The notes beneath the pieces are model-generated. The model saw only the letters and a program-made list of their open reading frames with translations. It was not told the DNA's origin and ran no database searches. DNA of 64,000 nucleotides from Mobula hypostoma (lineage: Eukaryota), in NCBI RefSeq assembly GCF_963921235.1, contig NC_086108.1, positions 101,186,001 to 101,250,000 of the forward strand, written 5' to 3'. Both the position numbers and the translations under genes were made by a program. Of this stretch, positions 14,284-27,356 are shown piece by piece; within the stretch, counting starts at the first letter, position 1; each line of letters starts with the position of its first letter.

Positions 14284-14878
14284 ATAAGACCATAAGACAA
14301 AGGAGCAGAAGTCGGCCATTCGGCCCATCAAGTCTGCTCCGCCATTTTATCATGAGCTGATCCATTCTCCCAATTTAGTCCCACTCCCCCGCCTTCTCAC
14401 CATAACCTTTTATGCCCTGGCTACGCAGATACCTATCAATCTCTGCCTTAAATACACCCAATGACTTGACCTCCACTGCTGCCCGTGGCAACAAATTCCA
14501 CAGATTCACCACCCTCTGGCTAAAAAAATTTCTTTGCATTTCTGTTCTGAATGGGTGCCCTTCAATCCTTAAGTCATGCCCTCTTGTACTAGACTCCCCC
14601 ATCATGGGAAACAGCTTTGCCACATCCACTCTGTCCATACCTTTCAACATTCGAAATGTTTCTATGAGGTCTCCCCTCATTCTTCTAAACTCCAAGGAAT
14701 ACAGTCCAAGAGGCAAACGTTCCTCATATGTTAATCCTCTCATTCCCAGCATCATTCTAGTGAATCTTCTCTGTGCCCTCTCCAACGTCAGCACATCCTT
14801 CTTAAATAAGGAGGCCAAAACTGCCCGCAGTACTCCAAGTGAGGTCTCACCAGCGCCTTATAGAGCCTCAACATCACA
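14284..14878 (-). mobile_element. CR1 LINE 3' fragment (young subfamily)
   Basis: ORF 14375-14818 (RGDLIETFRMLKG...FFSQRVVNLWN). (TCTTATGG)n tail. Very similar to 17035-17521. Confidence 0.9.
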
Positions 14879-15360
14879 TCTGAGATGTCTGTTCCGCCCA
14901 CGTCTCATACTCCTCCTGTCCCTTGCGGGTGGGCTTCACTCTAAAGAACATTCTCAGCCTATGATAACTTTGACTCTCTGCGGGTGCACTTTGCAATTTA
15001 CTTACCAGGGATGTAATTTCCGATACCAGCTCAGAATTTTCACTCCATGCTGAAGACATTATTAGACCCTCCACATCAGACAACTACTTCTCCTCACTCT
15101 GAAGAAACGAGAGCAAACCGTTTTTAAAGTCTCTACCCTCAGCTACGGAAGACCCAACTTCCAATCTGGCACAACTGCCACACCCGTTCTCCAAAAGTAT
15201 GGATGGCCCATGGCCCAGCCTCTTCATATACCCCTGTGGTACCACACAGATCCACTCCCATCACGTCATTGCTATTCTGAACTAAAACAACATCTTTGCC
15301 AACCGTTTGGTCAAACTGCCAGTCCATAATCGTAACTTTCCTAATACTTTAACGGTAGTT

Positions 15361-16645
15361 AGATTAGATTAAATTCAACCTTATTGTTATTGTGCCGAAT
15401 ACAGATACAAAGCCAATGAAATGCAGTTAACATCTGCCCAGAAATGCAAAGAATAGTGTTATTTACAAAATAACTACATATAAAAAGTAAGTGCTACAGT
15501 ACACAAATATAAGAGCACTGAGACAGTACAATATGGGTGCAATACTGCTTAGCGCTGTGATGTGAGGTTCAGCAGGGTCACAGCCTCAGGGAAGAAGCTC
15601 TTCCTGAGCCTGCTGGTGTAGGAGCAGAGCCTCCTGTAGTGCCTACCGGATGGGAGGAGAGTAAAAAGTCCATGGTTAGGGTGAGATGCATCCTTGATAA
15701 TGCTTTTCGCCCTGCCCAGGCAGCGTTTATGGTAGTGGTTCTCAATGGTGAGCAATTGGGTGCCGATAATCCGCTGGGCAGTTTTCAGCTGGTGTGCTTT
15801 GCGGTCCGATACGGGACAATTGCCATACCACACTGAGATGCAGTTGGTGAGTATGCTCTCAATGGTACAGTGGTAAAAGTCCGTCAGTATCCTGGGACAG
15901 AGCTGAGCTTTCTAGATGCTCCGCAGGAAATAAAGGCACTGTTGCGCCTTTTTGATCAGGATGGCGGAGTTCAGGGACCAGGTGAGATCCTCGGAAATGT
16001 GGACACCAAGGAATTTAAAGCGTGATATATGCTCCACGACAGCTCCATTGATGTAGATGGGGATGTGAGTGTGGCTCCTAGCATGCCTGAAGTCCACAAG
16101 GATCTCCTTGGTCTTCTGGGTGTTAAGGGCCAGGTTGTTGTTGGCACACCACGTGGCCAGGTGCTGGACCTCGTCCCTGTAGGCCGTCTCGTCATCCCCT
16201 CTGATCAGGCCAACGACTGTGGTGTTGTCTGCGAACTTGATTATGGAGTCAGAACCATGTACAGGAACGCAGTCATAGGTGAAAAGGGAGTACAGAAGAG
16301 GGCTCAGCACACAGCCTTGAGGCACGTCGGTGTTCAAGGTGAGAGTGCAGGAGGAGAAGTTGTCTAACTTAACTGATTGGGGTCTGTTAGTCAGGAAGTC
16401 CAAGGTCCAATTGCAGAGGGATGAGCTGATACCAAGTTGGCGAAGTTTGGTGATCAGCTTGGAGGGGATCATAGTATTGAATGCCGAACTAAAGTCAATG
16501 AATAGCATTCTGATGTAAGAGTTGGGACTGTCCAGGTGGGTCAGGGCAGAGTGAAGTGCCGTGGAGATAGCGTCCTCTGTTGACCTGTTGGTGTGATAGG
16601 CAAATTGATGGTGGTCAGGGTAGTGGGCAGACAGGATTTCAGATG
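15361..16645 (-). mobile_element. Rex1/Babar LINE, 5'-truncated
   Basis: [47 protein letters not shown]; (AATCT)n tail. Confidence 0.88.
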
Positions 16646-17034
16646 TGATAGAACCGTAATCAACAATTCACCTGGGCTGCGGATATCCACCCCGATCAGA
16701 ACACAAGCCTAATTTCTTTTTATTTATTCATTTACAGAGTATGGGTGTCGCCAGCTAAGCCAGCATTTATTGCCTATCCCTAGGTGCCCTTGAGAAGGTG
16801 GTGATGATCTACCTTCTTGAACTGCTCCAGTCCTTGAGGTGTAGCTACACCCACAGTGCTGTTAGAGAGGGAATTCCATGATTTTGACCCAGCAACAATG
16901 AAGGAATGGTGACATGTTTCCAAGTCAGGATGGTGAGTGACTTGGAGGGGGATTTCCAAGTGGTGGTGTTCCCAGGTATCTGCTGTTCTCAATGCTAGTG
17001 GTCATGCGTCTGGAAGGTGCTATCTTAGGAACTT

Positions 17035-17521
17035 TAGACCATTAGACCATAAGACAAAGGAACAGAAATTGGCTATTTGGCCCATCGAGTCTGCTCCACC
17101 ATTTTATCATGAGCTGATCCATTCTCCCATTTAGTCCCACTCCCCCGCCTTCTCACCATAACCTTTGATGCCCTGGCTACTCAGATACCTGTCAATCTCT
17201 GCCTTAAATACACCCAATGACTTGGCCTCCACTGCTTCCCGTGGCAACAAATTCCATAGATTCACCACCCTCTGACTAAAAAAATTTCTTTGCATTTCTG
17301 TTCTGAATGGGCGCTCTTCAGTCCTTAAGTCATGCCCTCTCGTACTAGAATCCGCCATCATGGGAAACAACTTTGCCACATCCACTCTGTCCATTCCTTT
17401 CAACATTCGAAATGTTTCTATGAGGTCTCCCCTCTTTTTCTTCTAAACTCCAAGGAATACAGTCCAAGGGCGGACAAACGTTCCTCATATGTTAACCCTC
17501 TCATTCCCGGAATCATTCTAG
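17035..17521 (-). mobile_element. CR1 LINE 3' fragment
   Basis: Near-identical to 14284-14760, with the same tail. Confidence 0.9.
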
Positions 17522-18608
17522 TACGTTGTTATAGTGCATCTTGTAGATAGTACACACTGCTGCAATGGTTCATTGACGGTGGAGGGGTTGGATGGTTGTG
17601 GAAGGGGTACCAATCAAGCGGGCTGCCTTGTACTGGATAGTGTCAAGCTTCTTGAGTGTTGATGGAGCTGCACTCATCCAGACAAGGGATAAGTATTCCA
17701 TTAGCCAAAGCAAAAGCAAGAGAGGGCATACAAGAAAGACAAAGCTAGTGGAAAGATAGATGATTGGGAAGCTTTTAAAAACTTGCAGAAGGAAACTAAG
17801 GTTAATGACCTTGCAGAAGGTCATTAGGAAGGAAAAGATCAATTACGAAAGGAAGCTGGCAACTAATATCAAAGAAGATAATGCACCCTGTTATTGATAA
17901 AAGCAAATTTCAGACATCACTAGTACTTAGGGACAGGGCTGCCTTTCATCAACTTATTGAGGATATCGGTCTGGTGGATATAAGGCGATTGGTGAATCCA
18001 TCCGGAAAAGAATATACATTTTCCTCTCATTGACATACATCCTACTCTAGAATAGATTTTTTTTCTATTATCCAACTCCATTGTTGAACAGGTGATAGAC
18101 TGTAAAATTGACCCAATAGCATTATCAGACCACACACCAGTTGAAATTCAAATTGATTTAAATACTGAAAGGGGAAGGAGGGATAGATGGCAAATGAGTA
18201 CTATGCTGTTAAAAAATGAGAATTTTAGTGATAAGTTGGCTGAGGATCTGACTTCATTTTTTGAATTGACCGTAGGGACCACAGTAAAGCTGTCCTCGGT
18301 ATGGGAGGCATACAAGATGTATATAAGAGGAAAATTAATAGCACAAACATCTAAAAGGAAGAAAGAAAGTATGGAGCAAATAAAAAATCTCGAAGCAGAA
18401 AAAACCACATTGGAAAAGGTCTTATCAAGACAATATACCAATGATTTATACAAAGATCTGTGCAATCTGAAATCCCAGCTAATTAATATACATAACAAAG
18501 ACGCAGAATATGCATTACTTAGATTAAAAACAAGTTTCTACGAAGGTGGTGACAAAGCTGGTAAGTTGCTGGCACGATATTTAAAGCAGCAGAATACGAA
18601 TAGTGTTT

Positions 18609-19275
18609 TTTTAGATTATGAGGACACACAATTCTCTTTCATTGTCATTTACTAATGCATGCATTTAAGAAATGATACAATGTTCCTCCAATATGATATC
18701 ACAGAAACACAAGACAAACCAAGACTGAAAAACTGACAAAAACCACATAATTATAACAAATAGTTACAACAGTGCAAAGCAATACCATTAATTTGATAAA
18801 CACAGACGATGGGCACGATAAAAAAAAGACTCAAACTCTCTTCGAAAATCCCATCATCTCACGCAGACGGTAGAAGGAAGAACAACTCTCCCTGCTATGA
18901 ACCTCCAGAGCCACAAACTTGCTGATGCAGCACCCTGGAAGCACCTGACTATAGCCAACTCTTGAGTCCGTCCGAAAACTTCGACCCTCCGTCTAGCCCT
19001 CCGACACCGAGCACCATCTCTGCCGAGCGCTTTGACCCTGGCCCCAGCCGCCGAACAATAGGCAAAGCTGAGGATTTGGGGCATTCCCCTCCGGAGATTC
19101 TCGATCGCTCAGTAGCAGCGGCAGCAAAGCGGGCATTTCAGAAGATTCTCCAGATGCTTCTCACGTCTGTCTCCATCAAATCAGGATTGTGCACGGTACC
19201 TACTTAACAAATACCGATATCATTCCGGAGTGGCCGCACGTGCTGCGTCGTGCTGCCACCTTCTCCTCCCCTCCT
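18609..19275 (-). mobile_element. Non-autonomous SINE-like retroelement
   Basis: Non-coding, begins GAGGGGAGGAGAAGGTGGCAG and ends with a TAATCTAA tail. Homologous to 35811-36324 plus 40803-40920. Confidence 0.65.
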
Positions 19276-19374
19276 CATTTTGTTATACTTGTAATTAAGA
19301 AAGGGGATAGATTAGTGTCTTCATCTAAAGAAATAAACAAAGTGTTTCAACAGTTCTAGGAACATTTATGAGTC

Positions 19375-20253
19375 TTGTCACCTGTAGAGGTTTTCGGATG
19401 ACTCTGCCATAATTGGATGCATCAGCAAGGGAGATGAGGCTGAGTACAGGGCTACGGTAGGATACTTTGTCACATGGTGTGAGCAGAATTATCTGCAGCT
19501 TAATGTGAAAAAGACTAAGCAGCTGGTGGTAGACCTGAGGAGAGCTAAGGTACCGGTGACCCCTCTTTCCATCCAGCGGGTCAGTGTGGACATGGTGGAG
19601 GATTACAAATACCTGGGGATACGAATTGACAATAAAATGGACTGGTCAAAGAACGCTGAGGCTGTCTACAAGAAGGGTCAGAGCCTTCTCTACTTCCTGA
19701 GGAGACTGAAGTCCTTTAACATCTGCCGGACGATGCTGAGGATGTTCTATGAGTCTGTGGTTGCCAGTGCTATCATGTTTGCTGTTGTGTGCTGGGGCAG
19801 CAGGCTGAGGGTAGCAGACACCAACAGAATCAACAAACTCATTTGTAAGGCCAGTGATGTTGTGGGGATGGAACTGGACTCTCTGACAGTGGTGTCTGAA
19901 AAGAGGATGCTGTCTAAGTTGCATGCCATCTTGGTCAATGTCTCCCATCCACTACATAATGTGCTGGGTGGGCACAGGAGTACATTCAGCCAGAGACTCA
20001 TTCCACCGAGATGCAGCACAGAGTGTCATAGGAAGTCATTCCTGCCTGTGGCCATCAAACTTTACAACTCCTCCCTTGGAGGGTCAGACACCCTGAGCCA
20101 ATAGGCTGGTCCTGGACTTATATCAAAATTTACTGGCATAACTTACATATTACTATTTAACTATTTATGGTTCTATTACTATTTATTATTTATGGTGCAA
20201 CTGTAACAAAAACCAATTTCCCCTGGGATCAATAAAGTATGACTATGACTATA
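19375..20253 (+). mobile_element. Rex1/Babar LINE 3' portion nested in L1
   Basis: FSDDSAI, YKYLGIRID, LYFLRRLKSF; ORF 19505-20104; (TATGAC)n tail. Confidence 0.88.
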
Positions 20254-21650
20254 TGCATCACAGTTTAACCATGACCAGGAGGAGCTGAATCAGTTTTTTT
20301 GTTAACATAAAATTGCCTACATTATCCCCATAACAAGCTGAGTCCTTGGATGCCCCAGTTACTGATGATGAGGTCAGACGGGCTATTGCAACTATGAAAA
20401 TAGGGAAATCTCCAGGTATGGATGACTTCCCAGTTGAATATTATAAGAAATTTCTGGACATGTTGGCTCCTATTCTAACAAAAATCTATTCAGAAGCATT
20501 TAATTTGGAATCTTTACCTAATACATTTAATGAAGCGTTAATATCATTGATCCCAAAATAAGACAGGGATGCAATAGATCTTTCCAATTATAGGCCTATA
20601 AGCTTAATTAATGTGGACTGTAAGATACTGACTAAAATACTGGCTTTGCGATTAGAGAAAGTATTACCATCTATAATTAACACTGACCAGGTTGGCTTCA
20701 TTAAAGGCAGATCCCCAACTGACAATTTAAGGAGATTACTGCACATAACATGGCTGAACTCTCCAAGTAGTATCCCAGTTACTGCCATCTCCCTGGATGC
20801 CGAAAAGGCCTTTGACAGGGTTGAGTGGAGGTTTTTAACCACAGCCTTGTCATTCTTTGGGTTTGGCTCTATCTTTAAATCATGGATTAGAATTTTGTAT
20901 AAAAATCCTAAGGCTGCTGTTATTACAAATGGTATCATATCACCATTTTTCAACATTTCATGTGGTACATGCCAAGGCTGTCCCCTCTCCCCACTGTTAT
21001 TTACGATTTTTTTGGAACCTTTAGCAATCATGATTGGAGCCAATCCAAATATTAGAGGGGTGAAGGGAGGCGGAAAGGAGCATAATCTGATGCTATATGC
21101 TGACAATATTTTATTTCTGATTAGTGACCCTCCTAATTCCTTACCCCACTAATGAAAGCAATTCAATTATATTCTGATGTATCTGGTTATAAAATCAACT
21201 GCAATGAATGTGAGGCTATGCCAATGTCAAGATTGTGTTATTGAAGTTCAGTATCTCAATTTAATTTCAGCTGGGTGCCAGTTGGAATGAAGTATCTAGG
21301 GATCAAACTCTGGTCAGAATTTGGATGAAATAATCACTTTAAATTATGATCCATTACTGAGTAGGATAAGAAATAATCTGGATAAGTGGGGGGGGGGGCA
21401 CTGAGACTGTCACTCTGGGGTAAAGTCAATGTAGTTAAAATGGTCATTGCACCTCAGTTTAATTATCTTTCTATGATGCTCCTTTAAATATATCAGATTT
21501 GATCTACAAGCAATACAACAAAATTATCAGGGATTTTCTATGGGATAAGAAGAAGCCCAGAATTAAAATGAATAAGATGTTTATGTCCAGGGACATGGGT
21601 AGGCTCAGTCTAAATTATCCTTTGAAATGACCAAGTTAGCTAAACATTGG

Positions 21651-21784
21651 AAACAACAGGAATTCTGCAGATGCTGGAAATTCAAGCAACATACATCAAA
21701 GTTGCTGGTGAACGCAGCAGGCCAAGCAGCATCTATAGGAAGAGGCGCAGTCGACGTTTCAGGCCGAGACCCTTCGTCAGGACT
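21651..21784 (-). mobile_element. Short Penelope-like terminal fragment with 12-bp TSD
   Basis: TSD GCTAAACATTGG at 21639-21650 and 21785-21796. The insert is homologous to the ends of the GIY-YIG-bearing remnants elsewhere in the window. Confidence 0.75.
21749..21784 (-). ncRNA. Minimal type I hammerhead ribozyme motif (Penelope-type)
   Basis: - strand AGTC-CTGACGA-AGGGTCTCGGCCT-GAAA-CGTC-GACT: stem I AGTC/GACT, core CUGANGA, stem II AGG/CCT, GAAA, palindromic ACGU and a GUC cleavage triplet. Confidence 0.75.
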
Positions 21785-22215
21785 GCTAAACATTGGGACA
21801 GGGCTGATGTTGATTTAGATTGGGTAATTATAGAACGAAGCCTGGCTGCAAACAACCTCTCACAACATGTGGAAAACAAGACTAACCTAAATCCTATACT
21901 ATTTCACTCAAGGAGTGTGTGGAGTACAATTCATAAAGCCTGTAGAATGTCACATTTAAACCAGTTGTACTTCTCACTCTGGAATAACCCTGAGATATGC
22001 ATTGGGAAAAGAATGGTGTACTGGAAAGAATGGAAGACTAAAGGTGTAAATACAGGAGGTGATCTCTATGAGAATGGGATTTTTGTGTCATATGTGGATT
22101 TGCAGAGGAAATATAAGTTTGTAGATAAAGGGAATTTTTGGAAGTATTTACAAATAAGACATTGCGTTAGTAGCATATTTAAGAACGGTGACCCACAAAG
22201 TAACTCTTTAGCTGA

Positions 22216-23027
22216 TGTTACGTACCCGGTAACTGGGTTGCCAAACCAGCAGAAATGGATCACTCAGTTGGAGTCTGGATTACTAGAACTAAGGAAGTTT
22301 TATTAAAGAAACAAGCAACACAGTAATCGAAAGGATAATAAATGCAACAGTTCAGCAATGATAAACACACATGTGCACAGAATTAAGATAACAGCATCAA
22401 TCAAGCTCTATCGTTGTCTAGGGGTAAATGACCAAATTTCAAAGTGACACAAAAGTTCAGTCCAATTTAGTTCAGTTCGCAATAATCGTTGCCATGGCGA
22501 TGGACAACGTGGGGGGAGAGAGAGAGAGAGAAAACGGGAACGACTGATCATTCAGAAACGACTTCCACTCACAGACCGGTGATGATTGCTCACAAGCAGC
22601 TTTCGGGCAGGTCCTTGGTGATGTCACCTGAGGTCACCGACTGTGACCCCTCCTCCAGATGCGGTCGATCCTCTGCAGTGAACCCGGCATCCAAGCAAGA
22701 GCGGACACACAGCGGGTTCCCGCTGATCGTACCTTTCCACCCCGTGCGTTGTCCGATACTTCCCACCGACTCGTGAGAGGCGCACCGCTTCCAGGGTCTC
22801 GTTACCTCGGGTGTCGTGTGTGTCCTGCCTTAGCGAACCTGTCCCTTTTTATCCCCCTGCTGGGGTATCGCCTGTCCATCACTTCAAACAGTTCAGGGTT
22901 CAAAGGGAGAGCCGCTCCAGACAGCTCTCTCTCTCCCGTCCCTTCATTACACATCTCCAGATGCTGTTTCATTGTGTTCCTTATCTCTCTCCTGAAGACA
23001 GGTGGCAGACCAACTGCTGATCACACA
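22216..23027 (-). repeat. Solo LTR (same family as 26012-26855)
   Basis: TG...CA termini. Reverse-complement homologous to 26012-26855. Interrupts L1 ORF2. Confidence 0.8.
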
Positions 23028-23946
23028 TGACAGCTAACATCTTATCTATGTGTATTCTCGTCACACTGAATACTTTACATTACCACAGGAAGTTCATAAA
23101 GCATCAGTGTTTTATAAACTGTTCAAGCACTCTGTGGGTGAATCGTGTAACAATCTCAAAGCAGTGTGGCAGAAGGATATTGGAAGCGATACTGAAGATA
23201 ATGAGTGGTCAAATATTTTATTAAATCTGGGTAGACATATTAGGGAAGCCAGAGGGAAATTTATACAGTATAAGATAGTACACAGATATTATTGGTCACC
23301 AACTAGACTCTACAAAATGGGGATTGTTAATAATAATTTATGCTGGAAATGTAAAAATGAGGTGGGCACATATTTTCACATGAATTGGGAGTGTTCCATG
23401 TCCGTCCATTTTGGTGTAAAGTTCTTGATCTATTGGGGAATTAGTCAGGTTCCACACTGCCCTTGTGCCCACGGCTTTGTCTCCTAGGTGATAGGACAAT
23501 GATACCTAATGTAAACAATGACAAATTTACTATTTTAAAGGTGGGTCTCATCACAGTTGCAAGAATTATATTGCAAAACTGGAAAAAACCCAGATGTCCC
23601 ACTGTGAAGGAATGGACTGAGGAAATGATTAAGATTTCATCAGATGAACACATGTTGGGAAGAATTAACAGTGAGGGAAAAGTGCTAGACCTGTGGGATC
23701 AATTTTTGTTGTATGTTAATTTAAACTTAAATTAGAACATATTTCTGTCTCTAAGTTTTATTTGTTTTCCTGCCATGAGATGGCTGTGTAAATATGCTGT
23801 ACTGTATCTGCTCTATGATATGCTGTGCTGCTTTGTAAAATAAGAATAAATAATAATAAAAAATTGAATTATAAAAAAAAGAAGATACTAAAAGCTTTTT
23901 TAAGTATATAAAGGGTAAAAGAGAATTGAGGGTAGGTATAGGACTA

Positions 23947-25405
23947 CAGGTGTTCCCCGCTTTTCAAACGTTCGCTTTACGAAACCTCACTGTTACGAAA
24001 GACCTACATTAGTACCCTGTTTTCGCTTTCAGAAGGTCTTTTCACTGTTACGAAAAAAGAAGTAGCACGCGGGGAAAACCAGCGCGCGATAAAAGCCAGC
24101 GCACACCCCGAGCAGCCGCTCTCCCCGGATTCGGAACTGCATTCTCGCCAGCATTGCTTATACACGTGCCTGTGAATAGCCGTTAGCAAGATGAGTTCTA
24201 AGGTATCGGAAAAGCCTGAAAGAGCTCGTAAGGGTGTTACACTTAGCGTAAAACTAGACATAATTAAGCGTTTTGATCGTGGTGAACGAAGTAAGGACTA
24301 AGTGAGTTTGGCTTGTGGAAGCTGACGAAGATGATGTTGAAGAGGTTTTGGCATATCATGACCAAGAACTGATAGATGAAGAGCTGATGCAATTGGAAGA
24401 AGAAAGGATAACAATCGAAACCGAATGCAGTAGCGAAAGTGAAGTCGGCCAGAAACTGAACGTGAAGCAACTGCGTGAGATTTTCACCGCAATGATAAAG
24501 TACGACTTTAATTTTGAAAGGGTACGTAGGTTTAGGGGATATTTGCAGGATGGTTTGAGTCCTTACAAAGAACTGTGTGATAGAAAAATGCGCGAGGCTC
24601 AGCAGTCAAGCAAGCCTTCCACATCAGCCACAGCAGACGATGAATCTCGACCTTCGACATCGAGGCGGGCAGTCATAGGAGAAGATGAGCTGCCTGCTCT
24701 AATGGAAACAGATGACGAGATGACACCTCAGTGTCCCACCACCCCGTGATTCATGGAGAATGCAGCGGTAGCCGGGAGGCACACAGCACATCTTTGAGAA
24801 AAAAGCCGAAATAAACAAGCTAATTAATTAGGTGTTGCCCGACACATAATTGTTGGCCCAGATCAGAGACGATGCAATCGGCAATCGGCACTGATCTAGG
24901 CCGACAATTACGTGTTGGGTGGCACCTAAATAATTAGCATGTTTACTTAGGCTTTTTTCTTAAAGATGTGCTGTGTACTTCCCAGCTACCGCTGCACTCT
25001 GCATGCTTCGTGGCAATGTATCAGTCGGCGGCCTGGAGGGTGGGGTCCACTGTACCACCCCAACCTGCGACAACTCAGCCTAACACACCATTGTCCCGAT
25101 TCGGGTAAGTGAAACTACACTGTACATACATTATTTCTACTTTATATCGGCTGTGTATTTTTACGTGTTATTTGGTATGATTTGGCAGCTTCATAACTTA
25201 AAGGTTACTGGAGAGCGCTTGCGCCGTGTTTTTACCAACAGCGCTTGCGTGAGATTTTCGCTACGGAGAACAGTTCAGGCAATGATTGTGGAAAAGTATT
25301 TCTACTTTATATAGGCTGTGTATTTATCATATCATTCCTGCTTTTACTATGTTACTGTTATTTTAGGCTTTATGTGTTATTTGGCATGATTTGGTAGGTT
25401 ATTTT
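23947..25405 (+). mobile_element. Internally deleted Tigger/pogo-like DNA transposon
   Basis: TA|CAGGTGTTCCCCGC start. ATG 24191 MSSKVSEKPERARKGVTLSVKLDIIKRFDRGE (CENP-B-type HTH start) is joined to the C-terminal EDDVEEVLAYHDQELIDEELMQLEE; the DDE core is missing. The right end appears truncated. Confidence 0.75.
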
Positions 25406-26011
25406 TGGGACAGGAGGGCACAAATTCAGGATTGAAGGATGTCTATTTAGAACAGAGATGTGAAGAGATTACTTTAGTCAGAGTGTGGTAAGGCAGGGGT
25501 GTGGTATGACTGGAAGAATTGGATCATCCCATGATGGAATGGCAGAGCAGATTTGATGGGCCAAATGGCCTACTTCTTTGCTCCTGTATCATATGGTCTT
25601 ATGGTCTTATTATTCAGCCTTGTAGGTGGCTGACAGGTTTTGGGGAGTCAGGAGATAAGGTACATGCCACAGGATTACTAGCCTTTAACCTTCTCTGGTA
25701 ACCATGGTGTTCTATGGCTAGACTAGTTCAGTTTCCTGTCAATGGTAACCCCCAGGATGTTGACAGTAGGGGATTCAATGATGGTGATACCACTGAATGT
25801 CAAGGGATGGTGGTTAGATCTTCTCTTCTTGGAGATGGTCATTGCCTGGCACTTGTGTGGCACAAGTATGACTTGCCACTTGTCAGCCCAAGCCTGGATA
25901 TTGTCCAGGTCCTGCTGCACTTGGGTAGGAACTGATTCACTATCTGAGACGTCCTGAATGGTGTAGCACATTGTGCAGTCATCTGCGAACATCCCCACTT
26001 CTGACCTTAGT

Positions 26012-26855
26012 TGTGAGTGTGACAAAAGAACCAGTTATCAGAAGATTGATGCCGATAAGAGGACAATGGGTGAACATGCAAGGTGCTAATAAGAGAGAGA
26101 CAAGAGGGATTAATGAAAAGGAGACACAGATCCGAGTATTGTCAGAGACCGGTGTGGCTTTGAACCCTGAACTGTTTGAAGTTTGATGGACAGGCGATAC
26201 CCCAGCAGGGGGATAAAAGGGGACAGGTTCGCTAAGGCGAGACACACGACTCCCACGAGGTAATGAGACCCTGGAAGCGGTGTGCCCCCACAAGTTGGTG
26301 GCAGTTTTCGAGGTCTGGTCGCGGGACCAGCCATAGACACACAGGGTGGAAAGATACAGTCGGGCGGGAACCTGGTGTGTGTGTCCGCCCTTGCCTGGGT
26401 GCCGGGTTCACCGCAGAAGAACGATCGTATCTGGAACGGAGGGGTCACAGTCGGTGACCTCAGAAGACATTACAAAGGGCTCGCCTGAAAGCTAACTGCG
26501 AGGAATATCGAAGGTCAGTTTGGAATCCGTTTTGAATATTCATTCGCTTTCGCTCTCTCTCTTCTCCCCGCCCCAACGGCACAACAGCGATTACTGCGAA
26601 TTGAATTGAACTAAATTGAACTGAATTTAGCTGATCATTTACCCCTAGACTGCGATTGAGCTTGATTGATCCTATTATCCTAGTTCTGTGTACATGTGTG
26701 TTTTATCATTGCTAAACTGCTGCATTTATATCCTTTTGATTAGAGTACTGTGTTGCTTATTTCTTTAATAAAACTTTCTTAGTTCCAGTAATCCAGACTC
26801 CAACTAAGTGGTCCATTTCTGCTGGTTTGGCAACCCAGTTATGGGGTATGTAACA
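26012..26855 (+). repeat. Solo LTR
   Basis: TG...TAACA termini, GATAAAA TATA-like box at about 26213, AATAAA at about 26767. Related copies at 22216-23027 and 33370-33573. Confidence 0.8.
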
Positions 26856-27356
26856 TGAGTAATCTCTAAATTGCACCAATGCTTAATACCTGCAGCGACC
26901 ATGATCATGTATCTTAATCACATTCATGGGCAACAGATTAACACAGGCATAAGCATTCAACCACTTAATCAATTCTTAGAGCAATTACATGGTATTCAGC
27001 AAATCAAAGCCAGGATGACTCCCTCACAATGAAACCTCTCTCTGGGCTGCAGCTTGTTAGCCACTTGCTGAGAGCCACTGGACTCAGTGGTGAGTAAACC
27101 ACCTTTCTCAGACTCTGTAATCAAAGATCGATATGACTTGGGTCCCACCAAAAACTAACAAATTGGGATGACGCCCATCCAAACTTTGATCTGCGTGGAT
27201 AACATGTAAATACTGGCCCCATGCAATTGCCTGTCAGCGAGAAATAACAGATCGTACACTGCATACAATCATAAAGGAAGTATATTTATAAATGTTAACT
27301 TAAGTAAACAGTAATTAAAGAAGAAAGAAAAAAAAGAAAAGGGCTCATCATAACTT

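Larger units (their letters stand above)
17881..23877 (+). mobile_element. L1/Tx1-clade LINE, 5'-truncated and degenerate, with nested insertions
   Basis: EN end LSDHTPV; GKSPGMDDFP; SLDAEKAFDRVEW; QGCPLSPLLF; C-terminal CWKC...H..WEC. Ends in AATAAA plus poly(A). 10-bp TSD AAAGAAGATA at 17871-17880 and 23878-23887, interrupting a CR1 reading frame (..LATNIKED|TKSFFKYI..). Confidence 0.88.
16715..26010 (-). mobile_element. L2/CR1-superfamily LINE, split by nested insertions (pieces 16715-17030, 17522-17700, 25610-26010)
   Basis: MFADDCTM...QQDLDNIQAWADKWQV and WMSAAPSTLKKLDTIQYKAARLIG. The 3' end matches the + strand copy at 62090-62870. Confidence 0.65.

Noticed and set aside
13411..15360. 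PNMA-like ORFs as a domesticated gag gene
   Set aside because: They are frameshifted, split by CR1 and Rex1 insertions, and collinear with decayed pol and LTRs.
22216..26855. The two related LTRs as the ends of a single provirus
   Set aside because: They are in opposite orientation and the intervening DNA is L1, CR1, Tigger and L2 sequence, so they are independent solo LTRs. No exact TSD could be read for either.
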